Below are positions 38,781 to 49,844 of a stretch of DNA of 64,000 bases, piece by piece. The DNA comes from Nemertoderma westbladi (Eukaryota > Animalia > Xenacoelomorpha). The DNA is taken from NCBI GenBank assembly GCA_032718475.1, contig JAUCBJ010007125.1, positions 1 to 64,000 on the forward strand. Reading direction: 5' to 3'. Numbering within the stretch: position 1 is the stretch's first letter; the number at the start of each line of letters is the position of its first letter. A program made the translations under genes and the position numbers. The notes under the pieces are model-generated. The model was not told the DNA's origin and did no database searches. It saw only the letters and a program-made list of their open reading frames with translations.

Positions 38781-41700
38781 TAGTCATTCCGGTTCAGACG
38801 ACGTTGGTATCATCCGGGCATTAGAGAACCGACTGGCCATGCCCAAGATGGAGATCCGCACCTTCGAAGGAGATCCCGTCGATTACCTCAGATTCAAGAA
38901 ACGGTTCTTTGCGCAGATTGGATCAACGGACATAGCCGAAGCACAGAAACTGGTATATTTATCGCAATACCTGGGTGACAAACCATGCCGAATTATCGCA
39001 TGCTTTGAAGGAGGAGCTCATGAAGCATACTATGACGCATGGAAGACTCTAGATAAAAGATACGGAAATATCGGGACTATAATTAATAAAACCCTCGAGA
39101 AACTGATCCAGGACGCGGGATCCCTAGGGGACCCACAGAATATCCAAGATTTCTCGGACTCGATGAAGGATGCCTACTACACTCTGAAACCATTAAATAA
39201 GGAGGAACAAGTGAACAACATTCTAAACCTCCGACAGATCGCCCGGAAATTCCCCGGATGGCTACAAAGTAAGTGGGCGTATAAATGCGTAGATCTCCGG
39301 CGCAGACACCCAGATCGAGATCCCAGCTTCCTCGAAATGTCAGCATTCCTGGATGATATCTCTGAAGCCATGAATGACTCGATGTTTTCAAAACAGAGTC
39401 TCGCCAAGTTGGACGGAATAGAGAGCAACTCCAGGAGTAAGATACCCCCGCCGAAACCGAGATTCCGCCCCCCACCGGTGAGTACGATGGCCATTACCAT
39501 GGCCGAGGATTCCGACGACGAAGACTACGAGGAACCGACATCCGCCGAGGAATGGGCGTGTTACCTTGCGAATTGGGCACCCGAGAGGGAAGGCATCACA
39601 AACTCCCTCCTCTGTCTCTTCTGTGGAGAGAAACATAAAGTGGAATTCTGCAGGAAGTTCCAGTTCGCCGAACTCGTCCCACGCTTCGAGGCGATAATGA
39701 AACACCGAGGATGCTTCCGGTGTCTTGGAACGGGTCACTATGTTCGGGATTGCGACCAAAGATCGTGCTGTGCAGTCTGTAACGACCTACGTCATCACAC
39801 GCTCCTCCACATCCCCGCAAACTTCGATTTCACTACCCTCCCCTTTCGGATCGAAGCCAAGCGAAGAGGAGAAACGAACCACGTCTTCAAAGGAACCCGG
39901 ACAACCCAACGGAGAGAAACCAACCCGTTTAAAATCTCCACCGATACACCACAAGTAACAAATATTTCAGCCACGATTAATCTTATAAATCGCCGCTACA
40001 TGGTCTTCGCAAAGGTAATCCCAGTAAGGATTCAAGGAGTCGGCAAATCCCTGACGACGCTCGCGTTCCTTGATAACGGGTCTGACGGAACCATCATCAA
40101 CCGGGATTTCCTCGAGCAACTCGGCCTAGAATATGAACCTTGTAAACGGCCCATACAAACCATCACCGATAACAGAGAGGTAGAGTCCGGGGATGTGCAA
40201 CTCCAGATGGAAGGAGTAATGAAGGGCTACGAAACGGTTAAGCTAACCATCAAGAACGCCTTGGTACACACAGACCTCCGAGTGCGGTTCCGACAATCAG
40301 CCGAGTACGCCCCCCTCATGCAATTGGACCGAGACGATGTAGATCTGAGGTGTCCGCAGTTGGACGTAAACCGCATCACCCTACTGATCGGACTTGATAC
40401 ACCCTAACTACACATCCCCACCGGAGATATCGCCCAATCTATAAAACAGGATGACGGATTTTATGCTGAACGAACAATAATGGGATGGACACTCTGCGGC
40501 ATTAAGGAAGAAACTACTGACACCTATACCTACCTTCCCAAATGTCAGATTAAAGAGAATGCAACCTCCGTGGGTTATTGCTCAGCTACGGACCTTGTCG
40601 GGGATTTGTTTCTGGAGACCGAGAAAACCCAACAAGAGATGATGAAATATTTTAATCTAGAGACCCAGGAGTTCGCTGAAAAGGACGAAAACCCGTCCGA
40701 AGAGGATCAATATTGTATGGACGTTCTCGACCAGGCCACGTTCAAAGACGGACACTGGTGTTCACCTATGCTATGGAAGGACCCAAACAAACCAATGGCA
40801 AACAACGCCAGCATGGCACTTAGGCGACTTAAGGGGATTCTATGCCGGCTGAATGACCAACCCGAGATAAAGGAGAAATATAATACCGTAATCCAAGGAT
40901 ATCTCGACGATGGATTAGCAGAGATGGTACCACGGAATGAACTGCAAGGTGATAAAAGAACATATTATCTCCCAACCCACTATGTGGTAGAAGCCCGGAA
41001 GGGTGGGAAAATCCGAGTGGTAAATGATGCCGCCGCTATGTACCAGGGCGAATCCCTAAACAGTCAGCTTTACACGGGACCCAACATATATAGTACACTC
41101 ATCGGCGTATTGATCAGGTTCAGGGAAAACCGGGTAGCATTCACCTGCGACATCAAGGCCATGTTTCATCAAGTTCGTACGCTACCAAGAGACTCAGACT
41201 GTCTACGTATCCTATGGACGGATAAAACACTAACTCAACAGGAGATTAGTCAACTTACGATAAAGGACGTAGACATAATGCGTATGGTCGTCAGGATCTT
41301 CGGCGCTAAAGACTCGCCGGTAGCATGCAGTGACATGCTAAAGAGAACGGCGACTATGTGCAAAAACGAGTTCCCTCCAACTGTCATAGAAACCATCCGA
41401 CGATGCTTTTACGTGGACGATGGATGCGCCGGCGCAGATAATGTGGACGACGCATATCAGCTAGCAATGGGGATGGTAGAATGTCTAAAGAAAGGAGGTT
41501 TTCCGCTCGTGAAGTTCAGATCCCACGACAAAACACTTATGGAAAAGTTTCCGGAGGACATCCGACTGGAAAATAACAAAATGTATTCGGAGGATGTGGA
41601 ACACCGTGTACTCGGGATTGAATGGGACATAGAATCAGACGAATTCATTTTCAAATATAAACCCCTACCCACCCAAGCCTATGACAAAAAGGGGATGTTT

Positions 41701-44118
41701 GTCAATAAAAAGCGCCATCTTCGACCCACTAAATTTCATATGTCCAGTAACCTTGGCCGGAATGAACCTGATTAAGGAAATGTGGATAGAAGGACTGGGA
41801 TGGGACAAAGAACTCCCCCCACACCTCAGCGTCAAATGGAGAAAATGGACGGAGCAGCTCGAACACCTACATCTTATGCGGATACCTCGACCGTTCTTCC
41901 TCGATAAACTACCCACCGATATCTTCCAGCTCCATACCTTCTCGGATGCTTCGAATACCGGAATTGGCGTAGTCACCTTCTTACGAAGACTCAGCAATGA
42001 TGGAAACGGCGATACGAGCTTCTTATTTTCTAAAGCTAAGACAGTATCCGGGGAATTCGTAGCAACGATTCCAAGACTCGAGCTACAGGCTGCAGTTTGG
42101 GCAGTAAGACAGAATTGCATGGTCATGCGGAACCTATGAATCCCCATCGAGTCTTAACACTTCTGGGTCGATTCGAGTATAGTTCTCTATTATCTCCACT
42201 CTCCATCACGGCGTCACACTACGTTTGTTGCGAACCGAGCCACGGAGATTAAACAGTGTACCGGCCGAGAACAGTGGCACCACGTGAACAGGAAGAAAAT
42301 CCAGTGGACTTATCAAGCCGAGGCGCCACCCCAAAACAACTCGGTAAAAGCAAACTCTGGCTTACAGGCCCGGAATTCCTACAGCAGCCACAATTAACAT
42401 GGAGTACCCGATTCGACCCCGAACTCAATAGCGGAAAATACTCCGAGGACGATAAAGAGATCTGTAAAGTCCATAGAAGCAACACAGTGGAAATTTATAG
42501 TTGTCTGACTGAGCCTGCAAAGGACTCGGGCAGGCACTATAACGTTGCGACGATCATTCAACCAGCGGCGTCTTTACATCTGTTGATCGAGCGAACCTCA
42601 TCAATGAGACGGCTCATCCACCACATTATAACCCTTCGCAACTTCCTACGGTGGAAAGACAACAAGCCGATAGTTCAACGGAGTATACAAGAACTCATTA
42701 TCGCAGAGAAGTGTATCATTGGATATGTCCAGAGAGAAAGTTTCCCCGATGAGTAGGAGCAACTCAGTGCGGGCAAGACCTTGAAACCGGATAGCCCAGT
42801 CTACCAACTGAGACCAATGATGGGAGAGGACGGACTGATCCGACTGAATACCCAGATGGCAAACGCCCCGGTCGAATATGAGGTTAAATACCCGGCGCTT
42901 CTGCCCGGAACTTCGACACTAGCCAAGCTATTAATTCAACAATGTCACGAGGAAAACCATCACGCAGGACAAAACTGGATTATAGCTAATATAAGACAAA
43001 GATATTGGATCACACACATCCAGCCACTGATCCGGAAAGTGTTGAAACGTTGCTTTACCTGCAGAAGATATCTAGCGCCACCACTCACACAAAAGATGGC
43101 CGACTTACCAGCCACCCGTCTACAGCCCGATTCCCCACCGTTCTACGTCACCGGAGTGGACTGTTTCAGACCGTTTACGGTCATCGAACGACGATCCAAC
43201 ATCAAATGCTGGGGGGCCATATTTACGTGCCTTAGGTCTAGGGCAATCTACCTAGACATTGTGGTGAACCTTACGCAACACGCATTCATCAACGCTCTGC
43301 GTCGGTTCGTGGCAAGCAATGGGACATGTCGTCACATGTATTCCGATAACGGCACAAACTTTGTGGGAGGAGAAAGAGAACTTAGAGAGGCGATCGAGGG
43401 ATGGTTTACCGATAACACGGCATCCCAAGTCTGGAAGGAACACCAGATACAGTGGCACTTCCAGACCCCCTTAGCACCCCATACGAGCGGGGTATGGGAG
43501 AAACTGATCGACCTAGTGAAACGATCCATGCGCGTCGCTCTAGGAGACACCCGGGTAACCCATGACACCCTCCGCACAACATTCTGCGAGATCACGGCTA
43601 CCCTGAACAACCGACCCATTGTCCCTATCCGCGACGACCCCACAGACCTGGAGCCCCTTACTCCTAATCACCTACTGGGGAGACCTAAAACTCATGTTCT
43701 CCCGGAGACAATGTTTCCGGATCCCAACGATATTGCGAGACATACAAACTGGAAGAAGGCCCAAGCATTGGCAGCGCACTGGTGGAGAATCTGGGCCCAG
43801 GAGTACCTCATAACCCTCCGGACCAGGAGGAAGTGGAACAACACCTACAGGAATGTCGAAGTTGGCGACATGGTACTAGTAAAAGAAGACCTTAAAGACC
43901 GCGTCCACTGGCCTGTGGCGCGAGTTGTGACAATACATCCGAGTAAAGATGGACTTGCGAGGACTGTGACGATACGAACGGCAAAGGGCCACTACCAACG
44001 CCCTATCCAGAGGCTGTGCCTTCTTGAAGGCAATGACAGTGGTGATTCTACGAGAGGTGATAAGTTCCCTACTAAAGATCCTGCTGCAGACATTGGTGAC
44101 AATTACAAATGCGTTTAA
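38215..44118 (+). pseudogene. BEL/Pao gag-pol polyprotein, disrupted
   Basis: Gag: PKMEIRTFEGDP and three Zn knuckles (CLFCGEKHKVEFC, CFRCLGTGHYVRDC, CAVCNDLRHHTLLH). Protease: FLDNGSDGT. RT: DIKAMF / YVDDG. RNase H: LHTFSDAS, TIPRLELQAA. Integrase: HEENHH..CFTC, GVDCF, SDNGTNF, WEKL. In-frame stops at 40405, 42137 and 42754; frameshifts at ~38490, ~41685 and ~42250. Confidence 0.93.
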
Positions 44119-45354
44119 ACCCTTCTCATCATGTTGACAAACTTTTTTAAACTGTGATTTATCGACAATGAAAATGGACCCCCCTTAAACCAACTGTAAC
44201 CACGCAATGGTATTTGTGTTTCCTCGTGTGTTATGTGGAGTCCAGCGTCACCCTGCAGATGTTTCGACTGACGCAGGATCGTTTATGTATTGTTTACCCT
44301 GATTTTGGTCATCGGGACCGACGATATTGGATTATTGGAAATGGAAAAGATTTGAAGTGGAATTCATTGTATTCATCGCAGTATGTTATGTTGTCCGTTG
44401 CGTGCGCAGTTCGGGGCGTAGGCGGTGTAACTAGTCCAGCTGTAGATCCCGGATTGCCGCGCAACACCCCCTCTATCCCGTTATTCTGGTGGGTCCATGG
44501 TGCATCCACGTGACTTCGACGATAGAGGGTTTTATGTTCTCAGTCGCGTTATTCTGGTGGGACCGTTGCGTGGATTTTGGGGCGTAGGCGGTGTAACTAG
44601 TCCAGCTGTAGATCCCAGAATGTTGCGTAACCCCATCCCACATGACTTCGTCGACTGAGCTTTATGTTGCTGGGAGTGTTATTCTGGTGGGTCCCTGGTG
44701 CATCCACGTGACTTCACTTCCAGCGTCTTCATTGTCCGTTACGTGCGCAGTTTGGGGCGTAGGCGGTGTAACTAGCCCAGCTGTAGATCCCAGATTGCCG
44801 CGTAACACCCCTTCCACGACAAAGATTTCCCAAAGAAGATGATTGAATGTAGTTGGAAATGATGAAAAGAATCAGACAACTCTACTATAAACCTGAATGA
44901 TGACGCGTATGATGATGAAAATGTAATGATGCGCACCCTGGTGCTGCGCTTATAACAAATGATGATAGCCGGGGGGCTATAACCCCAATGATGATGTGGA
45001 AATAAATGAAATGTGAAATAAATGGTGGAAATAAATGTGTTGAAATATGTTGAAATAAATGAAATGAGATGAAATAATAACGAGAAATGAAAAAAGACAA
45101 AAAAAAGGTATAAAAAAGTCTAAAGAAAAGAATTGGAAAAAAGAAAGGACATAAAAAGTCATAAAAAACTGGTTGGATATTAATGTATAGTTATAGTAAC
45201 TGTAAATGCTGAATGTATTAGCAATAAGATGATAGATGCCTATATAGCAATGTTATTTAATAAACTGAACTGAATTATTCTGCAATCACTATAGTTTCAG
45301 ACTTTCTGGACTTATAATTAACTGATCTAATTTGTAACGGATATAATCGTAAAT

Positions 45355-47829
45355 ATGGACCCAAATCACCAAATTATCGGCGAATTACGTAACACGATAG
45401 ATCTACTGGAATATTCGCAACCCGGATCCCCTGACTTTGATACAAATTGGAGCACCCTGCTAAATGAGAACGTGCGAGTCGTTAAATTCACCGGGCGAGA
45501 GGGACCGGATTCCAAGAATCTACGAGCCCTCCGGTTAGCCGATGCTAGTACGAGACTGAAAAGAACTCGGAACGCAAAGGCAACCAGAGGGGACGATTCG
45601 TCGTTTTGGGAAACGTTCCAGCAGAGCGTCTACAGATCCCAATGTTTGATCTACGACAACGAGGGAAACGCGACGCCCACCTCGAAAGCAATTACGTTGG
45701 CGAGATGTCAAAGTTTCGTCGACGACAAGAGTACGTACCTCGCCCACTGGGGAAACCTGTTGGAGTGTACGGCGACGCTTCGAGAGGAACGTATATCGAC
45801 CATCCAAAATCGCGACGACTACCAAGAAAAACACGGGGCGAAAGAATACGGTCGATCCTTGGTCGTCGTCCTCGGAACCCTGGACGGTTTGGTATTGGCG
45901 TGTCGAATATTTCCGACACCCAGACAGGAAGTGCAGGCAGCCGGAGCGATCTGGTTGCTACCTTCGGAAATCCAAAAGATCCTCTTCGACTTCGACGTCA
46001 TTAAAATCGGGTCGGATATAAAGGCGGACGTCCGGAACGACTACGCGAACGCTCCTTCAGGAAGAAACCGACGAGATGACCTCAACGCCCTTAGCCATTG
46101 CGTCGACACTCAAACGCTACTAGCCTGGTTACGATTCGCCGAGTTCATGCGAGGATTCCAAGAGGTGAGACCGACGAAATCCGGGATCGGCTACCTCGCT
46201 GTGCTAAATGGCGGCATCAACTTCAAACCCCAGAAATTCCGGGACTATAATAAAATATATGGTGGATACCCGGGATTAGAAATAAAGAGCGAGCGAGAGG
46301 GTCGATGGAAGGATGTTGATCGGAAGTGGACGATACACCAAAGGTGGGAGAATCCCGATTGACGGAACTACGTCTACGTCGTTATGGAGTGCTACACTGT
46401 CGCTAAGTTTATCTGTAAAACTCTCGATAACCTTATTACGGCGGTTCCTCTTTCCTTCGTCGACTACGACTGGAACGAGGTTATAAACCACGTGTTCAAA
46501 GCGGTCGAGAACATCACACTGGGAGAGACTAAAACGCTCGCTGTTATCGATTCCTGGGACGAGAGCGGACCTTACGACATCCCTACGATTACCGAACTTC
46601 TCGGTGCGGAGGAGCCTCTGATTTCTTCGGAAGGGGAAGAAATATGGCTAAATGAGGGTGTTCTACTCTCCACCCCGAAGCGACAACTCGAGCCGGAGGC
46701 CGCTTACTAACCGGCCGCCAAACGGGTTGCCTCCGCCGAACCAACGACGGAAGCGGGCGTTTCCTCACCACTCGGCTTCGGTAGCCCTGCGAGGGAGTTG
46801 GTTACTACCTTCGCGTTAAACGACTTCGGCGATATGTGCCAAAGGTTATCCCCGTATCCTTTCCCGGGTGGCGAAGACTGGTCGTCGGAGATTCCGAGTA
46901 CCAGCAATCAACAGACCCGCTCTGCGATATTGGTCGAGAAGGGCCTCAGCGCTGTGCTGACTCCCGACGATCTCCTCGGAATCCCTCCGTCGAAAACCCC
47001 GGCACCTCTTCGCCGACCAGCGGTGGCTACTACACCCTCCGTTCCTCAGGATCCTATGCGACTAACCCGTTGGTACGCCGAGCAAACCGAATGGATCCAT
47101 CGCCAGAAACGGTCGTCCGAGTTGAGACCGACGGGACACAAAGAAGGTTATCGTAGCGAGGACCTACTACGCAAAAGCCCAGCCTTCCGCAGGCTACCGA
47201 CCACCGCGAATATTCAGAAGAGCGACCGACGACTCGAGTATCACGTCGGCGTCCCGATTCCGATATTCCCCGGTCGAGAGATGCAATTGGAGGTGTGCGG
47301 TGACTGTGGTTCGGAGCAGTGCCCACGCGGTAGAAGGAATCGGGTTACCGATTCGTGCCTCCAGCTCCTCGGGATACTCTATTGCCCATACTGCGCGACA
47401 TCGGGCCACGACGTTTCCGTCTGCCCGATCCTATATAACCTCTGCACCACGTGCGGTTTCCGTGGACATTCCTCTAGCCCCCGCTGCTATATCAAATGTC
47501 CTACCAAAGACGTTACCGCTATGGGAAATATGGTCATGTTTGAAACATACGCAAACAGCCACATGAAGACCAAGGTTCGGAGAAACGCTCGGAATATCGC
47601 GCAGGAGATGGCGTGCGGGTACTTCTCCTTCCCGGAACGCCTCCACACGTCGGCCACGCTGCCTTTCCATTACGTGGATTTGTTGCTGAGCGTCGGATTA
47701 TTCGGCCCATTCGAAGTCATTAGACGCTTATACTCGTATAAAGAGGAGTTCGGTGACGGAGAGTGGTTCCTCGAGGTTCGCAACTCCGAGTTGGAACGAC
47801 GAACCGATATGATCCCTGATCTGATCTGA
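45355..47829 (+). pseudogene. Extra ORF copy 1: DEDDy-like 3'-5' exonuclease + CCHC zinc fingers; two in-frame stops, C-terminally truncated
   Basis: ORFs 45355, 46384 and 46798 share one frame. The TGA at 46360 and the TAA at 46708 are CGA and CAA in copy 2. Confidence 0.8.
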
Positions 47830-47845
47830 TCCCGATGATTTTTAT

Positions 47846-48607
47846 AACTTTGTGGGAGGAGAAAGAGAACTTAGAGAGGCGATCGAGGGATGGTTTACCG
47901 ATAACACCGCATCCCAAGTCTGGAAGGAACACCAGATACAGTGGCACTTCCAGACCCCCTTAGCACCCCATACGAGCGGGGTATAGGAGAAACTGATCGA
48001 CCTAGTGAAACGATCCATGCGCGTCGCTCTAGGAGACACCCGGGTAACCCATGACACCCTCCGCACAACATTCTGCGAGATCACGGCTACCCTGAACAAC
48101 CGACCCATTGTCCCTATCCGCGACGACCCCACAGACCTGGAGCCCCTTACTCCTAATCACCTACTGGGGAGACCTAAAACTCATGTTCTCCCGGCGACAA
48201 TGTTTCCGGATCCCAACGATATTGCGAGACATACAAACTGGAAGAAGGCCCAAGCATTGGCAGCAGACTGGTGGAGAATCTGGGCCCAGGAGTACCTCAT
48301 AACCCTCCGGACCAGGAGGAAGTGGAACAACACCTACAGGAATGTCGAAGTTGGCGACATGGTACTAGTAAAAGAAGACCTTAAAGACCGCGTCCACTGG
48401 CCTGTGGCGCGAGTTGTGACAATACATCCGAGTAAAGACGGACTTGCGAGGACTGTGACGATACGAACGGCAAAGGGCCACTACCAACGCCCTATCCAGA
48501 GGCTGTGCCTTCTTGAAGGCAATGACAGTGGTGATTCTACGAGAGGTGATAAGTTCCCTACTAAAGATCCTGCTGCAGACATTGGTGACAATTACAAATG
48601 CGTTTAA
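47846..48607 (+). pseudogene. Duplicated C-terminal half of integrase
   Basis: Near-identical to 43357-44118 (offset 4489), with a TGG>TAG stop at ~47985. Confidence 0.92.
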
Positions 48608-49844
48608 ACCCTTCTCATCATGTTGACAAACTCTTTTAAACTGTGATTTATCGACAATGAAAATGGACCCCCCTTAAACCAACTGTAACCACGCAATGGT
48701 ATTTGTGTTTCCTCGTGTGTTATGTGGAGTCCAGCGTCACCCTGCAGATGTTTCGACTGACGCAGGATCGTTTATGTATTGTTTACCCTGATTTTGGTCA
48801 TCGGGACCGACGATATTGGATTATTGGAAATGGAAAAGATTTGAAGTGGAATTCATTGTATTCATCGCAGTATGTTATGTTGTCCGTTGCGTGCGCAGTT
48901 CGGGGCGTAGGCGGTGTAACTAGTCCAGCTGTAGATCCCGGATTGCCGCGCAACACCCCCTCTATCCCGTTATTCTGGTGGGTCCATGGTGCATCCACGT
49001 GACTTCGACGATAGAGGGTTTTATGTTCTCAGTCGCGTTATTCTGGTGGGACCGTTGCGTGGATTTTGGGGCGTAGGCGGTGTAACTAGTCCAGCTGTAG
49101 ATCCCAGAATGTTGCGTAACCCCATCCCACATGACTTCGTCGACTGAGCTTTATGTTGCTGGGAGTGTTATTCTGGTGGGTCCCTGGTGCATCCACGTGA
49201 CTTCACTTCCAGCGTCTTCATTGTCCGTTACGTGCGCAGTTTGGGGCGTAGGCGGTGTAACTAGCCCAGCTGTAGATCCCAGATTGCCGCGTAACACCCC
49301 TTCCACGACAAAGATTTCCCAAAGAAGATGATTGAATGTAGTTGGAAATGATGAAAAGAATCAGACAACTCTACTATAAACCTGAATGATGACGCGTATG
49401 ATGATGAAAATGTAATGATGCGCACCCTGGTGCTGCGCTTATAACAAATGATGATAGCCGGGGGGCTATAACCCCAATGATGATGTGGAAATAAATGAAA
49501 TGTGAAATAAATGGTGGAAATAAATGTGTTGAAATATGTTGAAATAAATGAAATGAGATGAAATAATAACGAGAAATGAAAAAAGACAAAAAAAAAGGTA
49601 TAAAAAAGTCTAAAGAAAAGAATTGGAAAAAAGAAAGGACATAAAAAGTCATAAAAAACTGGTTGGATATTAATGTATAGTTATAGTAACTGTAAATGCT
49701 GAATGTATTAGCAATAAGATGATAGATGCCTATATAGCAATGTTATTTAATAAACTGAACTGAATTATTCTGCAATCACTATAGTTTCAGACTTTCTGGA
49801 CTTATAATTAACTGATCTAATTTGTAACGGATATAATCGTAAAT

